Positions 27,464 through 37,091 are shown, numbered from the stretch's first letter. The stretch: 64,000 nucleotides of DNA from Bordetella parapertussis (GCA_945900965.1 CAMDKM010000011.1:9213-73212), one strand, 5' to 3'. The notes: generated by a model from the sequence alone, not told the origin. Made by a program: numbers and translations.

Positions 27464-27982
27464 CTAGGATCGCACGCTGGCGATAATTCGCAACTGCTGA
27501 TCGTAGTGTCTTGTGAGCATCCTGAGTGCGTCCAGCAACTTGGCTTGTGCGGCATGGAGTCGCTGGCTTTGTTCGGCCAGCATTTTCTGGTGCGCTTCCC
27601 CGGGAGGTCCGCCGCCTCTGGCAAGATCCGGCGTCGGGGGAAATCGCGATGTGTTCAACATCTGAGGTCGCCGCAGTTTGCGCTCGAGTTGAGCAATCAG
27701 GGTGCGCTCTCGATTGAATTCGCGAGTCAACGCAGAGTAGCGGTGATCACGCGCTTTCACATTGGCTTTCCGGAATTTTCCTAGCTGAGTCGAATTTACC
27801 TCGAGGCGCGCAGCCAGCGCGACAATCTCGTTGCTGGGCCGGTCCAGTTCCGGAAACGCCCGCGCCTGAGCCACCAGTTGCCGGGCGCGCGACAACGAGT
27901 CGGCCGCCAGGGAGTTTTGCGCATAACATTGCAGCCCCACCGCCAGGAGCGTGCCTGCCATCGCCCAACGCGTTCCGAACAT
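27464..27982 (-). CDS. secreted coiled-coil hypothetical protein
   Basis: ATG at 27982 preceded by GGAAGG. Signal peptide MFGTRWAMAGTLLAVGLQCYA. The rest is charged and helical. No family recognised. Confidence 0.55.
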   Translation of the reverse strand: MFGTRWAMAGTLLAVGLQCYAQNSLAADSLSRARQLVAQARAFPELDRPSNEIVALAARLEVNSTQLGKFRKANVKARDHRYSALTREFNRERTLIAQLERKLRRPQMLNTSRFPPTPDLARGGGPPGEAHQKMLAEQSQRLHAAQAKLLDALRMLTRHYDQQLRIIASVRS

Positions 27983-28292
27983 CCTGCCTTCCACCCATGG
28001 ACTCCTTGTCGCAATACCCAGACAACGCGCAGAATCAGTCTAACGTGGGCTCGATCCGGGCCATCACCGCCCCACTAACGCGCACTCCGTTCTGCACAGA
28101 AGGCATCAACACCCCGCACCTTCTGGTACCAGGGATCCGGATGCAAATCCCGGGCCCAAGAATTCGTGGGTCGCGCTATCCTATAATTTCTGGTTGATGC
28201 AGAAAATTATTCCAACACCAGAGCATAAGCGAATGACAAGCAACAGGCTTTTGGCTTTTCCCCCGATCATCCCTCAGGGCTGTGGTCGCGGC

Positions 28293-28973
28293 ATGGCAGC
28301 GTGTGGCAAGCGCAAGCGCTTTTGGATTGCTCTGATGGCTGTCGGCGTTGCCGGCTGCGCCGGCGGCGGCGCGAAGCAGTCCAATTTGGAAGACTGCCAG
28401 GAAGACAAGCGCGGCTGCATGGAATCTCGCTTAAGTCTCGCCGAACACGAAAAATTGATGCAGGTACGCTTCCAGCGACATTATCAGGAATGTATGGAAG
28501 GTCGGCGTTGCAATCTGGAATCCCTCGATGCCGCGAAGCGCCGAAAAGTCCACGAGGCCGTGTCCCGATTTAACTACCAAGCCTGCCTGCGTGGGGAATC
28601 GGGTTGTGTTACGGCGGTGCTCTCCGACGAAGAAAGAGCCAAAGTTGATACAACGGAAAGAACCCGAAATTTCGATCGCTGCGTAAGTGGTCTGGCCTCT
28701 TGCAGGCGATGGTCGCTGTCGCCCACCCAGCTGGTCGTGGTGCGGGAGGCCTATCTGCACCGCAATTTCGCGGCCTATCTGAACAGCGTAGGCACCTTGT
28801 TGCATTGCAGTCCCGATGAGCTCACGGCGGCGCAAAGTATCCAGGTTCGGGAGCGCAAGCTGGCCGTCAACCTGTACATCTGCGCCAACGCACTGATGGG
28901 ATGCGTGGAAGACTGGTTGAATCCTGAACAGCGGGAAACATTCTCCGCTGTGCGCGCGAAACTTGCGCGTTGA
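28293..28973 (+). CDS. lipoprotein with six tandem approximately 32-aa Cys-pair repeats
   Basis: Signal peptide and lipobox RFWIALMAVGVAGC. Repeats follow the pattern C-x5-6-C-x3-L-x3-E/Q-x3-V-x7-N-F/Y-x2. Start uncertain (ATG 28197, 28233 or 28293). Confidence 0.6.
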   Translation: MAACGKRKRFWIALMAVGVAGCAGGGAKQSNLEDCQEDKRGCMESRLSLAEHEKLMQVRFQRHYQECMEGRRCNLESLDAAKRRKVHEAVSRFNYQACLRGESGCVTAVLSDEERAKVDTTERTRNFDRCVSGLASCRRWSLSPTQLVVVREAYLHRNFAAYLNSVGTLLHCSPDELTAAQSIQVRERKLAVNLYICANALMGCVEDWLNPEQRETFSAVRAKLAR

Positions 28974-29010
28974 GCTTATGCAGTCAAAAACCATCCGCGG
29001 CTCAAAAATG

Positions 29011-29038
29011 AAAAAAGCCCGGGAAACCGGGCTTTTTT
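29011..29038. terminator. bidirectional Rho-independent terminator
   Basis: AAAAAA-GCCCGG-GAAA-CCGGGC-TTTTTT. Sits between the convergent Cys-repeat lipoprotein and cold-shock genes. Confidence 0.8.
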
Positions 29039-29057
29039 GGTCCAGCGTTCGTCCTGA

Positions 29058-29261
29058 TTACTCGGGACGAATATTGGAAGCCTGATCGCCTTTGGGTCCG
29101 GCGGTCTTATCGTAGCTCACCTTCTGATTTTCCTTGAGTGTCTTGAAACCATTGCCCTGAATAGCGGAGAAATGGGCAAAGAGATCCTTGCCGCCATCAT
29201 CCGGTGTAATGAATCCGAAACCCTTGGCGTCATTGAACCACTTCACTGTACCTGTTGCCAT
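29058..29261 (-). CDS. cold-shock protein, CspA family
   Basis: 67 aa. [18 protein letters not shown] (RNP1 KGFGFI) and DLFAHF (RNP2). Confidence 0.95.
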   Translation of the reverse strand: MATGTVKWFNDAKGFGFITPDDGGKDLFAHFSAIQGNGFKTLKENQKVSYDKTAGPKGDQASNIRPE

Positions 29262-29413
29262 GTCTGAATCTTCCTTATTGAAATTGAAATAAACGGGCGT
29301 ATTGCCCTTAACGCGGGAACTTCAAGAGGAGAATTCAAGGAGATCTGAGGAGTACCGTTCAACGGGGCTACGACGGACCAGCAAAATCAACGCTTGGAGA
29401 ATCCAGCGAAGCC
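29262..29413 (-). promoter_or_regulatory. long (about 146-nt) cspA-type 5' leader
   Basis: This is the distance from the predicted -10 hexamer to the csp ATG. CspA-family mRNAs characteristically have long structured leaders. Confidence 0.5.
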
Positions 29414-29442
29414 TTTATACGTGCATATCCCTAAGAAGTCAA
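29414..29442 (-). promoter_or_regulatory. sigma70-type promoter of the cold-shock gene
   Basis: On the minus strand: TTGACT (29442-29437), 17-nt spacer, TATAAA (29419-29414). Confidence 0.6.
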
Positions 29443-29598
29443 AGGGTTTTTCGAAATGGGGGCAGGGCAGCCCGGGACATGCCAAGGGCTGAAAGTCAAG
29501 ATCAGCCGCTCGACTTTCCGTTGTTTGATCGACTTCCTCGCAATGCACACCTTGGTTGCGGGTACCATGAAGTCCCTTCCCAATGGAACACGAACTCC

Positions 29599-29868
29599 AT
29601 GGTCAGCCACATCCATGCCCCGCCCCCGGATCCGGTCCGCGACCTCGCCGCCGAGATTTTTGTCGAGATTGTCTGCCGCAATATCGTGGTGACCGAAAAC
29701 GCGGCGCAGATCAAATCCAATCCAGAAAGCCTCGCCCGAATCAGCTTCAGACTTGCGGAGGCGTTTCAACGCATCCATACCGAAGTCAATGCACCAAATC
29801 AACCGAAGAACCAGGAATTCGACATGAAGGCTGCCGAATTGCCCGGCTTCAAATCGGCGGGCAGCTAA
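29599..29868 (+). CDS. hypothetical small protein (89 aa)
   Basis: GC3-rich frame from the ATG at 29599. The longer track ORF (from 29302) would run across the csp promoter and leader and has low GC3 there. No SD, no family recognised. Confidence 0.35.
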   Translation: MVSHIHAPPPDPVRDLAAEIFVEIVCRNIVVTENAAQIKSNPESLARISFRLAEAFQRIHTEVNAPNQPKNQEFDMKAAELPGFKSAGS

Positions 29869-29891
29869 ACAGCATCAAGGATCTATTTGCG

Positions 29892-30632
29892 CTAGCGCGT
29901 GCACACCAGCCGCCGGCCTTCAGCACCGGTGTTCAGAATCATCTTGCGCGAGGTGGATTCTTCTATCTTGAATAGGCGGCTTTGTTTCGGATCGGTCAGT
30001 GTCAAGACCGATCCGGTTTTGTCGTACTTGAACGAGCGCGGCCCATCCGCCGATTCGATGACCAAGCTTGCATCGGGCTGAAAATCGTAGCGTTCGCTGC
30101 GCCCCGATATGGGATCCATGCAAGACCACTGGCCCAAGCCCGACTCCGTTGCGGGTTCCTCCCGGGAATCAGCCATTGGCGCGGGCTCGGAAGATTCCTT
30201 TGCGGCCTTTGGCGCGGAAGGCTCGCCCGGCTGCGAGACCTCTGGCGCGGGCGCCGGCGGCGCCTCGGCTTGGGTTGCAATCGGAGGAGCGGGTGGCGGT
30301 GGATCGCGTCGTGTCCACCAGACAATCGCGGCGACAAGAACCAAGACTGGAACAATCCACTTGCCTACAGAGTTCAAGAATCCAGATGCGGGTTCTTGTT
30401 CGATTACTGGCCTGGCCGCCGGTCTGGACAGCGCGGCAATGCTGGCGTCGTAGTTCACCCGCTGCTTCGGATCGAGCAGGATTTCCTTTGCCTGTTGCAA
30501 TACCAGCGCTTTGTTAGGGTCATGTATGGTGGCAAAAATCAGCTCCTGCGTGCGCTCCTCATAGGCTGCCGCGATATCCTCTGCCGAAGCCTTGGGACCG
30601 ACACCGAGTATTTGATACAGCGTTTTTTTCAT
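29892..30632 (-). CDS. J-like (DnaJ N-terminal-like) domain membrane protein
   Basis: MKKTLYQILGVGPKASAEDIAAAYEERTQEL...LLDPKQRVNYD, then TM helix WIVPVLVLVAAIVWW, a Pro/Ala-rich linker and a C-terminal globular domain. HDP occupies the place of the canonical HPD. Confidence 0.7.
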   Translation of the reverse strand: MKKTLYQILGVGPKASAEDIAAAYEERTQELIFATIHDPNKALVLQQAKEILLDPKQRVNYDASIAALSRPAARPVIEQEPASGFLNSVGKWIVPVLVLVAAIVWWTRRDPPPPAPPIATQAEAPPAPAPEVSQPGEPSAPKAAKESSEPAPMADSREEPATESGLGQWSCMDPISGRSERYDFQPDASLVIESADGPRSFKYDKTGSVLTLTDPKQSRLFKIEESTSRKMILNTGAEGRRLVCTR

Positions 30633-30666
30633 GGCCGCCGGACGAATGAACGTGAATATGATGCGA

Positions 30667-31590
30667 CTAAATATCTTCTCGTGCAACCGATCCCAACCGT
30701 GCGCAAACCAAAGTACCCGGCAAGTCAATGCCCATCGCAATAAACTGCCGCCGCATGCGCTGAGCATCCGCCGTGATGCCGGTGAAAAGACGAAACGCTT
30801 CCGCAGCCTGCAACACCGCCATGCCGCTTCCATTCATTGTGCGACAGCCGGTCTGTCGGGCCACGCGCAGCAATTCGGTTTCCAGTGGAAAGTACACAAT
30901 GTCGGCGACCCATAGGTTGGGCCGTAGCATGACCGGCGGCAGTGGCAGTCCTGGATATTTCACCATGTCGGTGGGTGTGGCATGGATGAGGCCGTCTGCT
31001 TCCGCCATTGCGCGCGGCAGATCGTCACCGATGGCAATGCGCGACGCGCCAAACTTTTCAGCGAGCCGCACGGCAAGCTGCTGGACTCGGGATGGGTCGA
31101 TATCGAACAAGGTAAGTTGCCTCGCTCCAAGACCCAGCGCCGCATAGGCTACCGCCGCGCCGCCGCCACCTGCTCCCAATTGCACGATGCGGTCCTTCTT
31201 CACATCCGCCAATTCCTGCCGGAAGCTTTCCGCAAATCCCCACCAATCGGTGTTGTGGCCAATGCGCCGACCATCGCGCAGCAACACGGTGTTAACGGCA
31301 CCCAGCGCTCGCGCATCGTCCGACAAATCATTCAGCAATGGCAGGACCGTTTGTTTGCAAGGGTGGGTAATATTCAGCCCGCAAAAACCCATGCGCTCCG
31401 CGGCGGTGAGCAATTCGGGCAACGCTTGCAAACCCAGCCCGGGTTTTTCGAGATCGATGAGCTGATATAAATAACGCAGTCCTTGTGCCGCGCCTTCCTG
31501 CATATGCATCGCAGGACTGCGCGATGCCTGGATTCCGGCTCCGATCAGACCGATCAAGAATAATGGCGGCTGGTGATTTGCAGTCTTCAT
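30667..31590 (-). CDS. shikimate/quinate dehydrogenase family protein (AroE/YdiB-like)
   Basis: ASRSPAMH, NITHPCK, NTDWWGF, GAGGGGAAVAYAL. Start at the ATG at 31590. Confidence 0.85.
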   Translation of the reverse strand: MKTANHQPPLFLIGLIGAGIQASRSPAMHMQEGAAQGLRYLYQLIDLEKPGLGLQALPELLTAAERMGFCGLNITHPCKQTVLPLLNDLSDDARALGAVNTVLLRDGRRIGHNTDWWGFAESFRQELADVKKDRIVQLGAGGGGAAVAYAALGLGARQLTLFDIDPSRVQQLAVRLAEKFGASRIAIGDDLPRAMAEADGLIHATPTDMVKYPGLPLPPVMLRPNLWVADIVYFPLETELLRVARQTGCRTMNGSGMAVLQAAEAFRLFTGITADAQRMRRQFIAMGIDLPGTLVCARLGSVAREDI

Positions 31591-31627
31591 TTTTACGCTC
31601 TTCGCCCCCCGGAAGTTCGCAGGGAAC

Positions 31628-33076
31628 TTAGCTCCTGCGCAAAACGCGTCCGGGCCGCTGACCGGTCGATGCACCGCCAGACCAGACGATTTTGCCGTTA
31701 ACGATGGTGGCATCTATCCCGCACGCAGCTTGAATGGGCTTTTCCCAGGTGGCCGTTTCATTCACCGTCTTCGGATCAAACACCGTGATGTCCGCGTAAG
31801 CCCCTTCGCTAAGCACGCCGCGATCCCGCAGGCCGAAGGTCTTTGCCGACAATCCGCTCATCTTGTGGACCGCCGTTTCCAGAGAAAACAAATTTAGATC
31901 GCGGCTGTAGTGGCCGAGCACCCGCGGAAAGGTGCCCCACAACCTGGGATGGGGTGCCACATCGTGGGGCAATCCATCGGAACCCACCATGGTGTGCTCG
32001 AAAGACAGGATGCGCCGGACGTCGGCTTCGTCCATCGAGAAATAGATGGCCGATGCCGGTTGCAGTTTATCGATTGCCTGGGGAATGGGCAGCCCCATTT
32101 CAGCCGCCACGTCGTCCAGGTCCCGGCCGGAAAACTGCGGAAACGGCCGCGAGGAACTGACAATCACCCGGGTGCAAATCTTGGTGCGCTCGAAACTGAG
32201 TATGGTCGAGGACGCCATATACGGATAACAATCCAGACACACCGACTGACTGGCAAGCGCCGCCTCAAACCGCGCCAGCGTTTGTTTCGAACGTCCATGA
32301 TTCGCGGCGCCGACCACCTTGTGGTGCGAAACCACCACGGGCACACCCAGTTCGCGTCCGGTCAGAAAACTTTCATCCAGGGAATCGAGCACCGTCTCCG
32401 CTTCATTGCGCATGTGCGTGCAGTAGACCCCGTTGAACTCGCGCAGCGGCCGACAGATTTCGATCACTTCCCGGGTCGGGGCCGCAATTGCCGGTTCGTA
32501 GTAAAGGCCGGTGGAAAATCCGATCGCACCCGCCGCCATGGCCTCACGCGTCATCTCCCGCATGCGGCCGATTTCCGCATCGGTGGCCGGGCGGTCGAGG
32601 CGTTCCATGGTGGCCACCCGCAAGGTGGTGTGGCCCACCAACAGCGCACAATTGGTTGCCGCCGGCCGGGCACGCAGTTCCTCGACGTAGTCCGCCATCC
32701 TGGGAAATTTGAACCAGCCGCCCTGGTCGTCGAGCAGATCCAGAGGCGGGGTCACCGCGCCCCGCATGCCACCGGGCATTGGCGCAAGCGATATTCCGCA
32801 GTTGCCCGCTACGACGGTGGTCACACCCTGACTCACTTTCGGTGACATATCCGCGCCTGACAACATCAACCGGTCGTCGTGTGTGTGCACATCGATAAAT
32901 CCCGGCGCCGCGATTTTTCCCGAACCGTCTATTTCAACATCCGCTCTGGACTTGTCGAGTTGCCCGATGTGGACAATGCGATCGTCACGCACGCCGATAT
33001 CGCCTTTGAAACGCGGCGCCTTGGTGCCATCTATCAGCGTGGCATTGCGGATCAGCAAATCGAAATGTTCGGCCAT
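31628..33076 (-). CDS. N-acyl-D-amino-acid deacylase (D-aminoacylase) family amidohydrolase, second paralogue
   Basis: 482 aa. DLLIRNATLIDGT, GFIDVHTHDD, GNCGISLAP. Confidence 0.88.
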   Translation of the reverse strand: MAEHFDLLIRNATLIDGTKAPRFKGDIGVRDDRIVHIGQLDKSRADVEIDGSGKIAAPGFIDVHTHDDRLMLSGADMSPKVSQGVTTVVAGNCGISLAPMPGGMRGAVTPPLDLLDDQGGWFKFPRMADYVEELRARPAATNCALLVGHTTLRVATMERLDRPATDAEIGRMREMTREAMAAGAIGFSTGLYYEPAIAAPTREVIEICRPLREFNGVYCTHMRNEAETVLDSLDESFLTGRELGVPVVVSHHKVVGAANHGRSKQTLARFEAALASQSVCLDCYPYMASSTILSFERTKICTRVIVSSSRPFPQFSGRDLDDVAAEMGLPIPQAIDKLQPASAIYFSMDEADVRRILSFEHTMVGSDGLPHDVAPHPRLWGTFPRVLGHYSRDLNLFSLETAVHKMSGLSAKTFGLRDRGVLSEGAYADITVFDPKTVNETATWEKPIQAACGIDATIVNGKIVWSGGASTGQRPGRVLRRS

Positions 33077-33226
33077 CTCTCCTCCCCTTTTTGTGATGAC
33101 ATTCTCGCACTGTTGCGCCGAAATGGGCCGAGGGAGCCCTTTTGGTCGGACACTCCCGCGCTATCGGCGCTACACTCCATTCTGCTCGCAAAACAATTTC
33201 TGACCCCCAACAACGCACCCACAGCC

Positions 33227-33922
33227 ATGAACCCGACACAAACCGCATTGATTGTCGGCGCCGGCCCGGGACTGAGTACCAGCCTGGCACGACTGTTTTC
33301 GCTCGAAGGAATAAAGGTCGCCCTGGCAGCCCGCAACACCGACAAGCTCACCGGGCTGACGACGCAAACCGGCGCGCGCGCCTATGTCTGCGATGCCGCC
33401 AAGGCCGATCAGGTTCAAAACCTGTTCGACAGCGTCGCCCGCGATCTCGGCGTTCCCGATATCGTGGTGTACAACGCCAGTTCCCGAGTGCGAGGTCCGA
33501 TCCACACGCTCGATCCCGAGAAGGTCCGCGCCGCACTGGAAGTCAGCGCCTATGCAGGGTTTCTCATAGCCCGGCGTGCGACAGGGGAAATGCTCAAGTC
33601 CGGACATGGCACTATCCTGTTCACCGGTGCCAGCGCCAGCGTAAAGGGTTACCCGGAATCCGCTCCGTTTGCGATGGGAAAATTTGCCCTGCGGGGATTG
33701 GCGCAAAGCATCGCCCGCGAACTCGCACCGAAGAACATTCATGTCGCCCACGTCATCATCGACGGCGGCATTGCATCCAGCTATGCCAAGCCCGAAGACA
33801 CCGGTCAGGACCGCTGGCTGGATCCGGACGCCATCGCGCGCGAGTATCTACACCTGCACCGCCAGCATCGCAGCGCCTGGACTTGGGAGATCGAATTGCG
33901 GCCCTGGATGGAGAAATTTTAA
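33227..33922 (+). CDS. SDR family oxidoreductase
   Basis: IVGAGPGLSTSLARLF cofactor motif, NAS, and a catalytic region around FAMGK. Start at the ATG at 33227; the upstream part of the track ORF is antisense to the aminoacylase gene. Confidence 0.8.
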   Translation: MNPTQTALIVGAGPGLSTSLARLFSLEGIKVALAARNTDKLTGLTTQTGARAYVCDAAKADQVQNLFDSVARDLGVPDIVVYNASSRVRGPIHTLDPEKVRAALEVSAYAGFLIARRATGEMLKSGHGTILFTGASASVKGYPESAPFAMGKFALRGLAQSIARELAPKNIHVAHVIIDGGIASSYAKPEDTGQDRWLDPDAIAREYLHLHRQHRSAWTWEIELRPWMEKF

Positions 33923-33932
33923 GGAAACAGAG

Positions 33933-34271
33933 TTATCGAAGGATACTCACCGATGAAAATTCGGAATGACCGTCGAGATTGCATCGTCCGGTGAGGTAGA
34001 CGCGAACTCGAAGCCCGGAGTTCAAGGATTCGAGCAACATCAGGTACATCTTGTCGGACCCCGATTTTTCATAGTCCTGAAAGAACCACTGCTTGTCCCC
34101 GCAGGCACTCGGGGTCTTTTTTACCCCCAGTCGTACGGCATAGTAGTGCCCGCCGATGGCACGCAGTTCCTCGATCGCGCCCGCCTCCGTCCAACCTGCA
34201 TCCGCATAGGCGCCTTGCGTCAGGACACTCCCACCAATTGAGAATATTGCGATACAGATCGCCAACTTCAT
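33933..34271 (-). CDS. small secreted hypothetical protein
   Basis: Signal peptide MKLAICIAIFSIGGSVLTQGAYA, two Cys, locally lower GC. No family recognised. Confidence 0.5.
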   Translation of the reverse strand: MKLAICIAIFSIGGSVLTQGAYADAGWTEAGAIEELRAIGGHYYAVRLGVKKTPSACGDKQWFFQDYEKSGSDKMYLMLLESLNSGLRVRVYLTGRCNLDGHSEFSSVSILR

Positions 34272-34516
34272 ATTATTCGCCTCCGTCTCGATGGGATCGG
34301 GCAATTTTGCGGCGCATATTCCGCTTCAACACTTTACCTGAGGCAGTTTAGCGATCGTGTATGAACAACAGGCCTCTGACCAGCACTTCGCGCCCTGCCT
34401 GTTTACGCTGACCGTAGTACCCTGCGCAAAGACGGTCCCCGTTCGATTGAGTGTGGTTGTTTTGACGCCGAATTCGCTTGCGCTTCCACATCCGGGCAAA
34501 ATGTCGTTCATCCATC

Positions 34517-35677
34517 ATGCATCCTGCCCTTTTTGCTCTTGCCCTGGCCGGCCTGGTTTCCGGAGCCAATCTTCGCATGTTCGACGCGCTGCTGCCCTCG
34601 GTGGCCGAGAGCTTCGGCGTGGCGCCGACCATCGCCTCGGTGGTGGTGACAGCCTTCACGCTTGCCTACGGTTCCTCGCAACTGATCCACGGACCACTGG
34701 CAGATCGGATTGGAAAACTGCGCGTGGTCGCCATCGCCAGCTTTATTGCAGCCGCAGCCTCGCTGGGCAGCATGTTCGTCACCTCATTGAGCGGCTTGAC
34801 GGCGCTGCGTTTTGCCACCGGCATCGGCGCCGGGGGAATGATTCCGCTGGCGCTGGCATGGATCGGCGATAACACGCCCTACGAAAGACGCCAGGCTACA
34901 TTGGGGCGCTTCATCGGCGTCATACTGGTGGGACATGTCCTGGGACCGGTACTGGCCGGTGCACTGGCGCACTTCGTCAACTGGCGTGCCGTGTTCGGAA
35001 TTTTCACTGTTCTGTTCCTCATTACCGGCATCGTCCTTTGGCAACAACACCGCAAATCGGCGCCGCTGCCGCCAAAAGACAAGGCAACCTCCGGCGTATG
35101 GGCGGTATACGGCTTGGTATTGCGCGACCGATGGGTATGCACGGTGCTGGCCACCGTATTCATCGAGGGCGCGTTGTTCTACGGCGCCTTTGCTTACACC
35201 GGCGCTTATCTGAAGGATGAATTCGGTCTGTCGTATTTCACCATTGGCGCGATCATTGCCGCATTCGGCCTGGGCGGCATGACCTACAGCCTGTCGGTGC
35301 GCTGGCTGCTGCGGCGTCTGGGCGAGTCGGGCCTGGTGGCCACGGGAAGCACGATGCTGCTCCTCTGCTACCTCTTGTTGCCGTGGCTGCCATACTGGCA
35401 GCCCTTCGTGCCGCTGCTGGTTCTGGCGGGCGTGGGTTTCTACATGTTTCACAACACACTGCAGACTCGCTCCACCGAAATGGCCCCGCAGGCGCGTGGC
35501 ACGGCATTGTCCTTGCATGCATTTGCCATGTTCATCGGACAGGCAACGGGTGTGGCGATATTCGGTGCCGGAATCCGCGCAAGCAATTACGCTTGGGCAT
35601 TCGTGATTGCTGGAATCGGACTCTACGCACTGGGCCAATGGTTTTCCCGTCGGGTTCGTCGCCATATATCCCGTTGA
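34517..35677 (+). CDS. MFS transporter
   Basis: 12 predicted TM. Motif A GPLADRIGKLRV. Confidence 0.8.
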   Translation: MHPALFALALAGLVSGANLRMFDALLPSVAESFGVAPTIASVVVTAFTLAYGSSQLIHGPLADRIGKLRVVAIASFIAAAASLGSMFVTSLSGLTALRFATGIGAGGMIPLALAWIGDNTPYERRQATLGRFIGVILVGHVLGPVLAGALAHFVNWRAVFGIFTVLFLITGIVLWQQHRKSAPLPPKDKATSGVWAVYGLVLRDRWVCTVLATVFIEGALFYGAFAYTGAYLKDEFGLSYFTIGAIIAAFGLGGMTYSLSVRWLLRRLGESGLVATGSTMLLLCYLLLPWLPYWQPFVPLLVLAGVGFYMFHNTLQTRSTEMAPQARGTALSLHAFAMFIGQATGVAIFGAGIRASNYAWAFVIAGIGLYALGQWFSRRVRRHISR

Positions 35678-35787
35678 CGGGTGACGCGAATTGACACGTA
35701 AGCGCGGTATGATTTCTTTTCGAAGTGACAAAGCCCTCCAGCGGGCGTCGCCCTTTGGAGACAGCAATAGTTGACAGGAGAAACTCG

Positions 35788-36156
35788 ATGAAGAAAACAT
35801 TAATGCTTTTTGCAGTGCTCGCTCTATGGATCCCCACGCTGACCCTTTCTGCCGGCCAGGTAGCGGAAGCCAAACTCGGCAAGGGGGTGGCGGACCGCCA
35901 GATTACCGAGGAGTCGACCGCCTTCACCCTTGGCGAAAAAGCCTATCTCTGGATGCGTGTAATGGACGGCGCGGGAGAAACGCTCACGATTTCTTGGAAA
36001 ACGGGCGATCAGACGTTCGATTCCACGCTTGCCGTGGGCGGCAGCCCCTGGCGGACCTGGGCCAATAAGACATTGCATCTTGCCGGTGACTGGACAGTAA
36101 CGGTGTCCGACTCCGCCGGCACCGTGCTTCATGAAGCCAAACTGACGGTGCAATAA
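35788..36156 (+). CDS. secreted hypothetical protein (possibly DUF2914-like beta-sandwich)
   Basis: AGGAG SD 8 nt upstream. Signal peptide MKKTLMLFAVLALWIPTLTLSA. The family assignment is tentative. Confidence 0.6.
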   Translation: MKKTLMLFAVLALWIPTLTLSAGQVAEAKLGKGVADRQITEESTAFTLGEKAYLWMRVMDGAGETLTISWKTGDQTFDSTLAVGGSPWRTWANKTLHLAGDWTVTVSDSAGTVLHEAKLTVQ

Positions 36157-36182
36157 ACCTAAGCCAGACGCGCTGGAACTCA

Positions 36183-36315
36183 AATGAGAAGTAAATGCGC
36201 GAAGGGTGAAGGGGGAAGGCGTGAATGAGTGAAGGGTTTAGGCTATCCCTCAATCCTCGCTCCTCAATCCTCAATCCTGACTTCGCTATCCCCCAGCCCC
36301 TACTCCCTCTCCCCT
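36183..36315. repeat. heptad-arm palindromic element, copy 3 (no GC core)
   Basis: GAAGGGTGAAGGGGGAAGGCGTGAATGAGTGAAGGG, then CCCTCAATCCTCGCTCCTCAATCCTCAATCCTGAC...CCCTCTCCCC. The right end reaches the rhomboid gene stop. Confidence 0.7.
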
Positions 36316-36934
36316 ACCGGCCCCGCCACCAACTGCCGGGGCCGCTTCTGCCGTAGCGGTACATCCACCAGCCGCCAAGCAATCCGCCCAGGTGCGCGAA
36401 GTGGGCCACACCCTGCTGTGTCCCGGTGACGCCGAGGAATAGTTCAAGCCCTGCGTAGATCGCCACGAACCAGCGCGCCGGAATCGGGATGGGCGGAATC
36501 AGCGGCACAATCTTTCGATCGGGGAATACCAGGGCATAGGCCAGCAAAATGCCGAACACACCCGCGGAGGCTCCCACCACCGGGCCCGCCCCTGCACCAA
36601 AGGCACCCCCGATCAGAAGATGGGCAACAGCGCCGGACACCACACTGGCAAAGTAGGCCAGGGCAACACGGCGCGGCCCCCACACCCGCTCCAGATCGGA
36701 GCCAAACATCCACAGCGCAAACATGTTGAATGCAATGTGCATGAAGCTGCCATGTAGGAAACTGTAGGAAAGCAACTGCCAGGGCGCGTATATCGGAAGA
36801 CTTCCCCAGCCCGTCCCGGCGCCGGGCCAAAGCGCAAACCACTCGAACAACATGTTCGCGCCCTGGGATTCCAGAAAGTAAATCAGCACGTTGACGATGA
36901 TCAACGCCTGGGTGAAAGGGGGCATCGGCCTCAT
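36314..36934 (-). CDS. rhomboid family intramembrane serine protease
   Basis: Catalytic Ser motif GASAGVFG and His motif HFAHLGG. 6 TM. Confidence 0.85.
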   Translation of the reverse strand: MRPMPPFTQALIIVNVLIYFLESQGANMLFEWFALWPGAGTGWGSLPIYAPWQLLSYSFLHGSFMHIAFNMFALWMFGSDLERVWGPRRVALAYFASVVSGAVAHLLIGGAFGAGAGPVVGASAGVFGILLAYALVFPDRKIVPLIPPIPIPARWFVAIYAGLELFLGVTGTQQGVAHFAHLGGLLGGWWMYRYGRSGPGSWWRGR

Positions 36935-37091
36935 CAGCGCCCTATCCCCTTAAATGTACAAAAATTGTCTGCATGGAAAACGCCTTTTCGTGAACCCTTC
37001 CGTCTTCGCCAATCGGTGCAGGCGGGCCGGAAAACTTGCCTTTGTATTCGGGCTTCACGATCGAACGCTGCCGGATGATTAAGGTTCCGGC

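Noticed and set aside
29302-29598. The N-terminal 99 codons of the 188-aa track ORF.
   Set aside because: They run across the csp leader and promoter on the opposite strand and have low GC3. Only the distal 89 codons look coding.
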